DNA of 64,000 bases from Myxococcota bacterium (GTDB taxonomy: Bacteria; Myxococcota_A; SURF-8): positions 576,001 through 640,000 of the forward strand of contig CAXXQS010000001.1 in assembly GCA_963674735.2 (NCBI GenBank). Direction: 5' to 3'. The position numbers and the translations under genes are program-made. The notes under the pieces were generated by a model that was given only the letters and a program-made list of their open reading frames with translations, did no database searches and was not told the DNA's origin. This document shows positions 46,326 to 56,799 of the stretch, piece after piece (the stretch's first letter is position 1; each line of letters starts with the position of its first letter).

Positions 46326-47687
46326 CTACGGCCCCGGCACGTAGGCGCCCAGCGTGAACAGCCGCAGCAAAAGCAGGTTGGCCTGATCGGTTTCGAGGAA
46401 GAAATACGCGCCGCTCATGCAGAAATAATGCAGCGTGAAAACGACGCCCACCGTGTAGGAAAAGCGCGGATGCAGGCGCATCCAGGACGCGATGGGCTTG
46501 AGCGCGTCCATAAAACCGGCCTTTTTGTCCACTCGCGCCCAGAACATCGCCCAGGCACGCCAGACGCCCAGCCCGAAGCCCTGTAAAAAGCCCCAGATGA
46601 TGTAGTGCCAGCTCACGTAATGCCAGGCTCCGCAGATCACAAAGGTAATCAGGCCGTTGACCAGCGCGTGCCGCCGACCCCCGCCGAGCGGGCGATAAAC
46701 GTAATCGCGCAGCCAGAAACTAAGCGAGATATGCCAGCGCCGCCAGTATTCGCCGATGTTTTCCGACAGGAACGGCAGGTAGAAATTTTCCATAAGCTTG
46801 AAGCCGAAAAGCCGCCCCAATCCGACCGCGATATCGGTGTAACCGCCGAAATGGCAATACACCTCCATGATGCCCGAGAGCAGAATCCAGTAGGTCCAGG
46901 GGATGCTCATCACCGCCAGGTTGTCGATGTAGTGCATGCGCCAGGGGTAGAAAAACGCCGCGTACAGGAAGGTTTTGAAGAGGCCCAACGCGATGCGATA
47001 AAGGCCGAAACCGATATCGAAAGCCTGCACGCGTTCGCGGCGGATATGCCGGAGGTCGCGATCGAAATTCTGAAAACGCTCGATGGGACCGAGGCGCAGA
47101 GTGGGGAAAAACAGCATGAACAGCGCCACATGGGAGGTGCGCGCATTCCGGATTTTCCCCTGCAGGCTGTCGGCCACGTAGTGAATCAGCTTGGGTAACA
47201 TGAACGCGATGCCGCAGACATGCAGCATGGGCAGTTCCAGTTTCACGGGCAGAAACGGCAGGTCGGGCGTCCAGGCGAAACTTTCACGCGCGAGCAGGAA
47301 TGCGTAAAAGGTTAGAATCACCGAAATCAAGCCCGCGATGGCGCGTCGGCGAAACAGGGCGTCCGTCATGGCGCGCGGCTGCCAGCGGCGCACCAGAACA
47401 TGCACGCCGATCGGGAACAACGCCAAGCCGATAACGAAAGTCAGGCTGTAGATGTACGCGATCATGGCCATGCTGCTGACGAGCAAATAACCCACCCGCC
47501 AGCGACGCGGCATCAAATAGAAAGGCAGAACGAGCGTGAGCGCGTAGACCAGGTAATCGGTGTATTCGCTGAAAAACAGGTGCGTGTATTTGAACAGGAC
47601 GAAAAAGAAATCGCGCAAAAAGCCCGGTCCCAGCGTGGCATGCAGAAAATCTTCCAGCGGCCTGAGAATGGCCAACATCCGTTCCAC
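46326..47687 (-). CDS. MBOAT family O-acyltransferase (AlgI/DltB-like)
   Basis: FFPTLRLGPIER, FGGYTDIA, ENF, YWRRWHISLSFWLRDYVY, GAWH. Confidence 0.92.
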   Translation of the reverse strand: MERMLAILRPLEDFLHATLGPGFLRDFFFVLFKYTHLFFSEYTDYLVYALTLVLPFYLMPRRWRVGYLLVSSMAMIAYIYSLTFVIGLALFPIGVHVLVRRWQPRAMTDALFRRRAIAGLISVILTFYAFLLARESFAWTPDLPFLPVKLELPMLHVCGIAFMLPKLIHYVADSLQGKIRNARTSHVALFMLFFPTLRLGPIERFQNFDRDLRHIRRERVQAFDIGFGLYRIALGLFKTFLYAAFFYPWRMHYIDNLAVMSIPWTYWILLSGIMEVYCHFGGYTDIAVGLGRLFGFKLMENFYLPFLSENIGEYWRRWHISLSFWLRDYVYRPLGGGRRHALVNGLITFVICGAWHYVSWHYIIWGFLQGFGLGVWRAWAMFWARVDKKAGFMDALKPIASWMRLHPRFSYTVGVVFTLHYFCMSGAYFFLETDQANLLLLRLFTLGAYVPGP

Positions 47688-47690
47688 GAC

Positions 47691-49826
47691 TTACTCCTCC
47701 ACCCGCTCCAGCGTCATCCAGTCGAGCCCCATGTGATAGTTCTGCGATTCCGTGTTTTTCCCGACCAGTTCGATGCGGAAGACCTGTAGCCCGCGCGAAA
47801 ATGAAATCGGCGCATCCGCCTCGAACAGGAAGAAACGCGGTGCGGCGGCATAGGTGTCGAGCGCTTGCCCGACCGATTCGCCGTTGACGCGTACCGACAC
47901 GATACCGTGTGTGGGACCGCCCTTGAAGCGCAGACGCAGCCGATAACGGCCGTCGGCGAAGACGAACTGGTGGTATTCCATAAACGAGCCTTCGCCGGTG
48001 GATAAGAAGGCCAGGGCGTGATCGCCCGAACAGGAGGCGTCCGGCGGCAGGTCGTCGCAATTTTCGATAAAGCAGTATTCGCCCGAACTGATTCCGGGAG
48101 AGGTTTTGTATTCCGCCTCCATGAAAATCGGCGAGGGGGCGCTGTCGACCGGCAGGGGTGTGAGGCGATTGGAACCGGGGCTGAAGTGGTAGAAGGAACG
48201 ATCGGGGTAGTATTGCATCATCAGCCGATTGTGGGCGTCGGCGTCGTGGACGAAAATCCGCCCCTCGGCCAGCCCGGGCCGCATGTAGATGAAGCCTGCC
48301 GGATACCACTTTTCAAGGTAGATCACGCTGTTTTCTTCGGTTTCGTTGAAAAGCCGTTCCAGGCGGCGATCCACGCTGAAAAAGAAATCGTTGAGAATCC
48401 CGATGGTGGAGGGGTAAAAAATCACCACATTGAACAGCATGTAGGAAAGCGCCACCGCCGGGACCACGGCCAGCAGCAGCCGTGCATAAAACCCGCGGGT
48501 GCGCAGCGCCCGGCCGTCCAGCCAGTGGTGCGTCTGCACGAGTCCGGCCGCCACCAGAATGAAAAGCGCGAAGGCCGATTCGTAGTAGTAGCGGCCCCAG
48601 AGCCCGTGAAAGTACCAGAAGAAATAGGCCACCAGCAGCGCGAGAAACATGGCCAGCATCAGGTATTTGCGCGGTCCGTAACGGCGCGTCAGAAAGGGCG
48701 GGATGATGAAGAAGAGCAGGGCGTTGATTCCGAATAGCGTAAGCAGGAATGTTCCCAGACGTCGATGAGTGACGCCTACCGCATCCGAGGGTGTAAAGCC
48801 ATCCGGGAAACAGTTGTCGACGTGGACTTTCGGGCAGCCCACTTTTTTTCCGAAACCCAGGCTGTGGCAATTCTTCTTCGGTTCGGTGGTGTCGAAATAG
48901 TGATCCTGCGGCCAGTAGAGCGCATCGCCGGTAATGGCGTGGTTGTAGCCGAGCTGCAGGCCGACGAAAACAAGCATGACCGGCAGCGATGCCGCGATCA
49001 GCGGCAGCAGGCGGATGCGTCGCTGAACGAGGTAAATCACCAGCAGCGTGGCCAGCACGAGACCGAAGGCCAGCGCGTTGAGCGCCCGTGCGGTGAACAT
49101 CCAGCCGAGCGCGATTCCCAAGCCCACGGCGTCGCGCCAACGCGACTGTTCGCCGAAACGCAGCGCGCATAAAAGGGCGACTTCACCGAGCACCAGCGAC
49201 AGGCTATGGGCCAGCAGCGTCGCGCCGATCGCGGCGTGTAAGGGCGACAGCGCCATCAACAGCATCGCCAGCTTGGCCGTGCGGTCGTCGAAAACCCGCC
49301 GTCCGATGGGGTAAACCAGCATCACCGCCAAACCCGCCAGAAGCGGGTTGACCAGAAATTCCAGCCCCGGCCACACCGCCAGGCTCATCAGCGCAGGCCA
49401 GCCGGGTTGAAACAGGCTGTACCACTTGCCGTCGTTCACCATAAACAGCATGTTGAAGAATTCGGGCAGGTCGTGGCTGGGCACCGTCAAATGCCCCTGG
49501 GCGAAGGTGCGCGCCTGCCACAGGTAGCAGATATCGTCGGGGACGTGCGGAACGCCGTCGAGCGGGCCGAAGGCCAGGTAGGTGGCGGCCCCGCAGGAAA
49601 GGCCTCCGCAGATCAAAATCCAGCTACGCGCCGACAAACCCCAGAGACGCGACGCCAGTGGAGCCAGGCGCGGGCCGAACGCCGTCAGGACGGCCAGCAG
49701 GCCCAGGAAAACGAGCTGCGGACGCGGAAAGAACACCAGCAGGGCGTCTTGAGGACGCCACGCAAAGCAGAACGCGATGCCGACGAACGAGAGAATGAGC
49801 GCGGTGGCGAATCTCCAGTTGCGCAC
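47691..49826 (-). CDS. GT-C (ArnT/PMT-like) membrane glycosyltransferase with C-terminal beta-sandwich
   Basis: PHVPDDICYLWQA, YSLFQPGWP, multi-TM, GRYYYE. Confidence 0.75.
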   Translation of the reverse strand: MRNWRFATALILSFVGIAFCFAWRPQDALLVFFPRPQLVFLGLLAVLTAFGPRLAPLASRLWGLSARSWILICGGLSCGAATYLAFGPLDGVPHVPDDICYLWQARTFAQGHLTVPSHDLPEFFNMLFMVNDGKWYSLFQPGWPALMSLAVWPGLEFLVNPLLAGLAVMLVYPIGRRVFDDRTAKLAMLLMALSPLHAAIGATLLAHSLSLVLGEVALLCALRFGEQSRWRDAVGLGIALGWMFTARALNALAFGLVLATLLVIYLVQRRIRLLPLIAASLPVMLVFVGLQLGYNHAITGDALYWPQDHYFDTTEPKKNCHSLGFGKKVGCPKVHVDNCFPDGFTPSDAVGVTHRRLGTFLLTLFGINALLFFIIPPFLTRRYGPRKYLMLAMFLALLVAYFFWYFHGLWGRYYYESAFALFILVAAGLVQTHHWLDGRALRTRGFYARLLLAVVPAVALSYMLFNVVIFYPSTIGILNDFFFSVDRRLERLFNETEENSVIYLEKWYPAGFIYMRPGLAEGRIFVHDADAHNRLMMQYYPDRSFYHFSPGSNRLTPLPVDSAPSPIFMEAEYKTSPGISSGEYCFIENCDDLPPDASCSGDHALAFLSTGEGSFMEYHQFVFADGRYRLRLRFKGGPTHGIVSVRVNGESVGQALDTYAAAPRFFLFEADAPISFSRGLQVFRIELVGKNTESQNYHMGLDWMTLERVEE

Positions 49827-49839
49827 GCGGCGGCCTCCG

Positions 49840-52218
49840 TCAGTCTTCGATGGGCGTGTCCCGCAGGGACAAGCGATGCAGGATCAATCCACCCACAAAA
49901 TAGATGATCGCCGCCAGATACAGCACGATGTTGAATCCGAACACCAGCGCCAGGATGATGCAGATCACCGAGGCCGCGACCGACGCGACGCCGTTGATGC
50001 CGAAGGCCCAGGGAACGAAGGACGCGGCGCCTCGTCGCACGTAGGACAAGCCGGTGGGGAAGGGCATCCCCATCAGGATACCCAGCGGAGCGAGCACCAG
50101 AACCGCCGCCAGGGTGCGTCCCCACAGCGGCAGACCCAACAAGGCGTTGAAGGTCGGGGTCAGGATGAAGCTATACAGGATGACCATCGCCGCGATAGCT
50201 TGGGTGGCCCTGAGAATCAAGCGGCGCGGATCCTTGACGATGCGTCCGGCGATAAACGAGCCGATACCGGAAAACGTCAGCAGCGTAAACAGCGTCACCG
50301 TAATCGAATAGGTGGGATGTCCGAGGAACAGCACGAACTTCTGCATCAACGACACCTCGACGAACATGAAGCCCATTCCCAACGCGGCGAAATAGGCGAT
50401 CATGTGCCGCGAACCCACCATGGAAAGCCCGCGTCGTTTGAATTTGTAAAGCGGGAACAGGATGAAGATCAGCCCGAAGAAAACCGCCTGTACCAGCGAA
50501 GCCAGCAGGATGATGTAGCCGATTGGGCGCGCCGCGACCAGATAACCGCCCTGATCGAAGTAGGTTTTGAAGGTGTCTTTCCATTTGTAAAATTCGAAAA
50601 AGAACGGCCGGTCGTCATACACCGGGTCGAGCTTGAACGGATATTGGGCGATGAACTCCTGCTCGCGGTTTTCCTTCATGGCCGCAAAGTAGCGGTAGAA
50701 CATGTTGTCGCCTGCCATGCCCGGTGCGTAGAGAATCTCCAGATCGGGCTTGTCGGAAAGCTGACGCTTCAAACGCTGAATGTCACGGCGCGTAAACGCC
50801 GACATCTTGGTTACCACCGAGGCCAGCGTGCCCTGACGCAACACCAGGAAGTGGTCCCACGGCGCGGCGAAGCTGTTTTCCTTCAGGATATCCGATTGGA
50901 TCGTCACCAGCCGCAGGCATTCGCGCGGCGGGCTGAAGATCCAGCGGATCATGCACAGGATGCCGTCTTTGTTCAGGTGCTCGTAATACTCCTGAAACGC
51001 CTCGCGCGTGTAGAGATAGTTCTCCGAAAGGACGTATGCGCCCGTCGCCAGCGCCGACCAGGTGTCGACGCCCGACATCTGGATGATGTCGTACTTCTCC
51101 TGCACGCGGCGCAGATACGAGCGCCCTTCCTCGTGCACGATCGTCACGGAGGGATCCTGGTAGGGCTGGTATTTGTAGTCTTGGAACGCGTAGTTGGCCG
51201 CGTCGATCATGGCCTGGTTGATCTCGACGCCCGTGATGTCCCGCGCTTCGTGATGCAATGCCGTCATGATGTCGGTACCGCCGCCCAGTCCGATCACGGC
51301 CACTTTCGGCTTTTCTTTGAAGAAATAAGCCGACGAATACAAGGTTTTGCCGATCAGGTCGACTTCCGGCCACGGTTTGTCGAAACGGTAGACGAAGGTG
51401 TAGGCATCGCCGTCGATGGTGAAGATCTTCTGCACTTCCGCGTCGTGATAGCGATAGATCTTGCCGAAAGACGGCGAACTCGATACGTCGATGCGGGCGA
51501 TCGGATCCCACTGCGACCGCTCGATTTTCAGATCCGGCACGTTGGCCATAAACTCGCCGAGCGCCTTCGAGGCCGCCGGGCGCACGGTCAAAATCGTGCT
51601 CGCCTGCGTCGACAGGACCAGCAGCACGACCGTCACCACCACCGCCAGTCCCACAAGCGACTTCTTCGGGAACAGCGGAATCGCCGCCGCCGACGCCAGC
51701 GCCGCCACGATCAGGATGGACCCCTCGCCACCGAAGGTTAAAAGTAACCACAGAAACAGCAGGCAGCCCAAAGCCGACCCGATCAGGTTCCAGAAGTATA
51801 GCCGGTGAACCACCTTGACGAAGCGCGTCAACAAAATCGTGATGGTCAGGCCCATGAAGAAATAGGGCACGATCAGAAACGCATAGTAGAGGAAGATGAA
51901 GCTCAGTTGAACCACACCCATTTCCATGTATGTATCCAGCGGAATGCGCGTCACCACCGCAAAGCCGATGACGGTCGTGATGCCGGACAGTAAGGCCGCC
52001 CACCCCGCGGTGTTCAACGCCTGGGTGTCGTCGCCCGCCCCCTTGATCGCCACATAAGCTCCCGCCGCCGAAAAACCGAGCAGCGTGATGGTAATCACCA
52101 TGTACGATAAATGGTGCCACAGCATCACCGAAAACACGCGAACTTGTAGAATCTCAAGCGCCAGCGTCGCCAATGAAATGAGAAAAATCCCGATGTAGGG
52201 TTTCAAATAGGACGGCAT
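49840..52218 (-). CDS. Membrane protein with spermidine-synthase-like SAM-binding domain
   Basis: TM blocks flanking VAVIGLGGGTD, GVEIN, EGRS, YDII, ENYLYT. Confidence 0.82.
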   Translation of the reverse strand: MPSYLKPYIGIFLISLATLALEILQVRVFSVMLWHHLSYMVITITLLGFSAAGAYVAIKGAGDDTQALNTAGWAALLSGITTVIGFAVVTRIPLDTYMEMGVVQLSFIFLYYAFLIVPYFFMGLTITILLTRFVKVVHRLYFWNLIGSALGCLLFLWLLLTFGGEGSILIVAALASAAAIPLFPKKSLVGLAVVVTVVLLVLSTQASTILTVRPAASKALGEFMANVPDLKIERSQWDPIARIDVSSSPSFGKIYRYHDAEVQKIFTIDGDAYTFVYRFDKPWPEVDLIGKTLYSSAYFFKEKPKVAVIGLGGGTDIMTALHHEARDITGVEINQAMIDAANYAFQDYKYQPYQDPSVTIVHEEGRSYLRRVQEKYDIIQMSGVDTWSALATGAYVLSENYLYTREAFQEYYEHLNKDGILCMIRWIFSPPRECLRLVTIQSDILKENSFAAPWDHFLVLRQGTLASVVTKMSAFTRRDIQRLKRQLSDKPDLEILYAPGMAGDNMFYRYFAAMKENREQEFIAQYPFKLDPVYDDRPFFFEFYKWKDTFKTYFDQGGYLVAARPIGYIILLASLVQAVFFGLIFILFPLYKFKRRGLSMVGSRHMIAYFAALGMGFMFVEVSLMQKFVLFLGHPTYSITVTLFTLLTFSGIGSFIAGRIVKDPRRLILRATQAIAAMVILYSFILTPTFNALLGLPLWGRTLAAVLVLAPLGILMGMPFPTGLSYVRRGAASFVPWAFGINGVASVAASVICIILALVFGFNIVLYLAAIIYFVGGLILHRLSLRDTPIED

Positions 52219-52416
52219 TGGACCTCCGAACGAAAGAAGAACAGATTCCGAAAATAACCGCAGAAACCTACCAGAAAGGCGACCGACGGTCAACGTTTTC
52301 CTGTGTTTTTCCCGATAACTATCGCGAGTTTAACCCGGGTCCGGAGCTCTGATCTGAAATCGTTCCTTGACAGCCCACCCAAGCTGGACTTACCCTCATT
52401 CGAGGAGGTGACGACC

Positions 52417-52698
52417 ATGGATGCTTGCACCTTTTGTGGCAACGTGATGGAAATCGTCGACAAAGTCTTGCGGAAGGACGAATGCCCGAACTGCGGACGC
52501 GACCTGCATTGCTGCATGCAGTGCCGTTTTTACAGACCTGGACACCACAACGACTGCTACGAGTCCCGCGCCGAACGGGTGGTGGTCAAGGATCGCGCCA
52601 ATTTCTGCGATTACTTCGAATTCGGGGCCGATGGCTGTTGCGGACAAGATCCGGCCGTTGAAGCCAAGGAGGCCCTGGAGAAGTTCTTCAAAATCTGA
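52417..52698 (+). CDS. Small Cys-rich (Zn-binding) protein
   Basis: GGAGG RBS; CxxC...CPNC..DLHCCMQCRFY...ANFCDYF. Confidence 0.8.
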   Translation: MDACTFCGNVMEIVDKVLRKDECPNCGRDLHCCMQCRFYRPGHHNDCYESRAERVVVKDRANFCDYFEFGADGCCGQDPAVEAKEALEKFFKI

Positions 52699-52884
52699 CG
52701 CGTCACTTTGATCGAGCCTGCAGTCCGGGCCCGATCCCACCTGACCCGAAAACGCCAGCCCGGTCGTGCACCGGGTTCATCCATCCTGAAACAGGGAATC
52801 AAGTCCGTCTCTATCTCGTCTATTCGATAAGTCGATCCTGAACCGTGGCGGTTAAACACGCGACCGCCTCTAGGGAGGTTTTGC

Positions 52885-53073
52885 ATGAAAATTGAAATCG
52901 TCAATACGTTCGTTGAGTTTCGACCCGAAACGGAGTTGGAGGGACAGCAGTTGAATGAGGTCTGGAACCTCGTGCTCGATTGTGTCAGCAATAATCGCAA
53001 GCTGGTTCCGGTGGGTGAATACAGCCCCGGCAAAAGCGACGTCGCCCGTTTCAACATCGAAGACGATCGCTAG
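52885..53073 (+). CDS. Small conserved hypothetical protein
   Basis: GGAGG RBS; 62 aa, KLVPVGEY motif. Confidence 0.7.
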   Translation: MKIEIVNTFVEFRPETELEGQQLNEVWNLVLDCVSNNRKLVPVGEYSPGKSDVARFNIEDDR

Positions 53074-53086
53074 GCCGCCCGCATTC

Positions 53087-54124
53087 TCAGTCGCCCGCGC
53101 GTTTGCCCAGCATGCCGCAGGCCCCCGAAATATCCTGCCCGCGTGACTGGCGGATGAAGGTTTCCAGCCCGGCGTCGATCATGATTCGCTGAAACGCCAG
53201 CACGTTTTCCATGCTCGGAGCCTCGAAACCGCTGGCCGGATGGGCGTTGTACGGAATCAGGTTCACTTTGCATCCCACCCGCCGCGCGATTTTGCACAAA
53301 CGTCGTGCATCCTCCGCCGAACTGTTCACGCCCCCCAGCATCACATATTCCAGAAGCAGACGCTTACGCCGCGCTTTGGGGAAAACCTCCAGCGTCGCCA
53401 CCAGATCCGCCAGCGGGTAACGCCGATTCACCGGCATGATCTGCGAGCGCACCTCATCCGTTGTGGCGTTCAGCGACACCGCCAGCACCGCCTCCGAACG
53501 CGCGGCGAATTCCGTAATCTGCGGAATCAGCCCGCAGGTCGAGACGATCACCTTGCGCGCCGACAGGTTGTAAGAGTGTTCGTGCATGAAAATCGAGCAG
53601 GCCGTCACCACATTGTCCAAGTTGGCCAAGGGTTCGCCCATTCCCATCAGCACCACATTCGTGATGCGCGGGAAACGCCCGTCGATATAGCGGGTAACCG
53701 ACCGGAACTGCTCGACAATCTCGGCGCAGGTTAAATTGCGCTCCAGTTTCAGCGAGCCGGTGAAACAAAAGGCGCAACCCATCGCGCAGCCTGCCTGGGT
53801 CGACAAACACAGCGAGACTCGCCCGTCATTCGGCATCAACACCGCTTCCACCGCCGAGCCGTCCTCCAGCACGAACTGCAGCTTCTCGGCCCCATCCTTC
53901 GATTTCTCAATCTTGGCCGGTTCCAAAGGATCGATCCGACACCGCTCGACCAGTTTCGCGCGCAGCGGCTTGCTCAGGTTCGTCATATCTTCGAACCCGG
54001 TGACGTGATGGAGGTACAACCATTCGTAAATTTGCCGGGCCCGATAGGGCTTTTCGCCCAGTTCGTTGCACACGAAAGCCGTCAAATCATCGTAACTGAA
54101 GTTTCGTAAATCGACGCGATCCAT
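53087..54124 (-). CDS. rlmN: 23S rRNA (A2503)-C2 methyltransferase RlmN
   Basis: CLSTQAGCAMGCAFC, MGMGEP, SRGQDISGACG. Confidence 0.95.
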   Translation of the reverse strand: MDRVDLRNFSYDDLTAFVCNELGEKPYRARQIYEWLYLHHVTGFEDMTNLSKPLRAKLVERCRIDPLEPAKIEKSKDGAEKLQFVLEDGSAVEAVLMPNDGRVSLCLSTQAGCAMGCAFCFTGSLKLERNLTCAEIVEQFRSVTRYIDGRFPRITNVVLMGMGEPLANLDNVVTACSIFMHEHSYNLSARKVIVSTCGLIPQITEFAARSEAVLAVSLNATTDEVRSQIMPVNRRYPLADLVATLEVFPKARRKRLLLEYVMLGGVNSSAEDARRLCKIARRVGCKVNLIPYNAHPASGFEAPSMENVLAFQRIMIDAGLETFIRQSRGQDISGACGMLGKRAGD

Positions 54125-54509
54125 TCCGGTCCTCCCGCGCATCCGGTGCGCGGCGCTGATTATCCTCACCCCGACGCGGATGTCAAGCGAACACCCCATC
54201 TCGCTTCGAAAAGCGGTCCGCCCAACCCCGAAATATCGAGGGTGGGAGGACCGGCGCGGGCTTTGCCTCCGGCGCGACCCTTGCCCACTCCCTACGGTGA
54301 CGCGTTGCCCGGCCCGGACCCACCGGGTGGTGTATCGGAAAAACGGCGAGTTTGGCGAAAATCCTCGAAATGAACGGGCCGGGATAGGCGACGCGGCGGC
54401 GCTTCAAAGCCTGGATTGCCAAGGGGCGTGACGGTGCAAAACGCGTGACGGTCCGTGGGCGGGACAGCACGAACGACACACGGCGGACCGCAGCACGCCT
54501 GCTTCGAAA

Positions 54510-56780
54510 TCAGCGCCGTTCCAATGGCGGCGCGCCGCCCGGGCCGAGGGGGTGAAGCTGTCCGTTGGACATGTAGCCCAGGTCGCGGAAATCGGGGATG
54601 GGACGGCCCAGGCCGTCGGGGATGCGCCGGAAAATGAGGGAATCGAGACCGATATCGAAGTGGTGGCTTTGCGGGTCTTTTCCCGCCACCGTAAAGGTGA
54701 GGCGGATGGGCCCGCGCGGTAGGTCGATCGCCTCGGCGCTGCTCCAGTTGCCGAATCCATAACCGGGCGAATAGCCGTAATACACCGAGTCGATCGGCTG
54801 GCCGTTCACGCTCAATTGCCAGTCGCCCATAAACGGCCCATGCATGGCACGAACCTCCACTCGGTACGCGCCCGCTTCGGGAAGGAAATGATCGAAGCGG
54901 AAGAAAGCGTTCGCCTCGTCGGCTTCAAAAAACAACTGTTGGGCGTCGCGATCATCCGGGAAAAAGCGGTCGATCCACATCAAGGAAGGGAATCCGCCCT
55001 GCCAAGCTTTGGGGGGAACTTTCGCTTCGGCTTCCACGAACTCCACGCCGGAAAAGGGCGGAACCTCCAACCGAATCAACCGATCGCGATAGGCTTCATA
55101 GCGATACGGCGTGCGGTCGGGATAAAGCCGGGCCAATTGCACGCTCGGGCGTTTCAGGTGGCGCGCGAAAAGTACGTCGGTGTCGAACCCCGCGTCATTG
55201 AAATTAAAGCCATGGATAAAACTGCGAGTCGGTCCCGGAATGAAAACGAGCGCGTTTGTAACCCCGGCATCTGCCAGAATGTCGCGCATGCGGCCGTCGA
55301 TTCCGCGAAAACCCTGATAACTCTGCCACAATTTCGGGCTCAACCAGCCCAGGTTGAAAACCACAATCGTCACCAGAAAGGCCGGAGCCAGCGCGCGCCA
55401 GAAAGCCCGGCTCGACGGCAAACGGTCGGCCACCCGTTCCAGCCACCCATCCAGCCGCCAAAATCCCAGAGCGGCAAAAACGCCCAGCGTTCCGACCGCC
55501 TCGTAATAAAAACGCGGCCCGTAACAGTTGCCGTGGTAATAGAAGAAAAAATAGCCGCCCAACAGGGCGCCGAAATGCAGCAGCAACGCCCAGGATTCCC
55601 GTCGAATTCGCCCGCCAGCCAGGGGTAGCGCGATCAGCAACAATGCCAACGGAGTCCCGTAAAAATTCAAGGCCAGACTGCTCAGTCGTTGACGCGTCAC
55701 CGTGAGTCCATCCGCCGCATAGAACCCCTTGGGAAAACCGTACTTTCCGTGTTCGTTGGCGCAGCCTACGTCCGCTCCGAAGCCCAAACGATGGCAGCTC
55801 GCGACTTTCTCGGTTTGGGCGAAATAACGGTCCTGCGGAAAGGTGAGCGCCGATCCGGTGACCTGCAGGTTGGCCAGCAGTTGCAAACCACCCACCATGA
55901 AAAGCGCGACCAGCGCCCAGGCCAGATGCGCGGCCTTGACCCGCCTGCGCAAGAGGTCGGGAAGCAGAATCGCCGAAAGTGGGATCAGCAGCAGCAGGGC
56001 GTTATAGGCGCGAATGCAAAACAGGCCACCTACCAAAATCGCGGTGACAAGCGCTCGCCAGACGCGTGGATCGCGGCGGTAACCCAGTGTAAGATCCAGC
56101 GCCCACAGGCTGATCAAGGCGCTGGCCGTATGGGCCATGAACGAGGCCGCCATAAACGTGAAAAAGGGCGACAGCAAAAGCAGCAATACGGCCAGACGCG
56201 CCACCCGCCGTCCCACGGCGCGGCGCGCAATCCGGTAAAGCGGCCACAATGTCAAACTGCCGAGCAGCGGATTCACCAGCCAGGGAACGCCCAGCCAGAC
56301 GCCCAGTGCCAGAATTGCGGGCCAGCCCGGTTGAAACAGCGAAATCAAGCGGTCGTTTTCTATGTAGAAAAAGTGCGATAGAAAAAATTCCGGCAGCGCG
56401 GGGACGGATTCCGTAAGACGTCCGGCGGCGATCAATTTGGCCTGGAAGAGGTAGGCGGTCGAATCGGTGACATGCGGCACACGTTCGAGCACGAACACGT
56501 TGGCTGCCGTCATCGTTGCCAGCGCGATCCCCATGGCCGCCACCAGAAAAACGCGGTCGGAGGGCAGTTCCAGCATCTTCAACGTGCGGTCGAAAAGCGG
56601 TCGGGCCGGCATCGCCGCCACAAGGAAGATCCCGAATAGAATTTGCGGGATCGGCGCAAAGGCTTGCAGAGCGGAGGCGGGATGCCCCACCAAGAGCAAT
56701 GCCACCGCGATGGCGGCCAGTATCCGCAATCCATGTGCCGCAATAGGCATAAGAGGTTTCCTAAACGTGGAGGCGATCAC
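54510..56780 (-). CDS. GT-C (ArnT/PMT-like) membrane glycosyltransferase, paralog of 47691-49826
   Basis: PHVTDSTAYLFQA, SLFQPGWP, YGPRFYYE. Confidence 0.75.
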   Translation of the reverse strand: MIASTFRKPLMPIAAHGLRILAAIAVALLLVGHPASALQAFAPIPQILFGIFLVAAMPARPLFDRTLKMLELPSDRVFLVAAMGIALATMTAANVFVLERVPHVTDSTAYLFQAKLIAAGRLTESVPALPEFFLSHFFYIENDRLISLFQPGWPAILALGVWLGVPWLVNPLLGSLTLWPLYRIARRAVGRRVARLAVLLLLLSPFFTFMAASFMAHTASALISLWALDLTLGYRRDPRVWRALVTAILVGGLFCIRAYNALLLLIPLSAILLPDLLRRRVKAAHLAWALVALFMVGGLQLLANLQVTGSALTFPQDRYFAQTEKVASCHRLGFGADVGCANEHGKYGFPKGFYAADGLTVTRQRLSSLALNFYGTPLALLLIALPLAGGRIRRESWALLLHFGALLGGYFFFYYHGNCYGPRFYYEAVGTLGVFAALGFWRLDGWLERVADRLPSSRAFWRALAPAFLVTIVVFNLGWLSPKLWQSYQGFRGIDGRMRDILADAGVTNALVFIPGPTRSFIHGFNFNDAGFDTDVLFARHLKRPSVQLARLYPDRTPYRYEAYRDRLIRLEVPPFSGVEFVEAEAKVPPKAWQGGFPSLMWIDRFFPDDRDAQQLFFEADEANAFFRFDHFLPEAGAYRVEVRAMHGPFMGDWQLSVNGQPIDSVYYGYSPGYGFGNWSSAEAIDLPRGPIRLTFTVAGKDPQSHHFDIGLDSLIFRRIPDGLGRPIPDFRDLGYMSNGQLHPLGPGGAPPLERR

Positions 56781-56799
56781 AGCTCCCGTTTGTCTGCAT

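Noticed and set aside
49777-51741. 654-aa plus-strand ORF and similar long antisense ORFs (e.g. 39614-41086, 61801-63117, 10184-11227)
   Set aside because: Shadow frames of well-supported genes in GC-rich DNA, with no domain motifs
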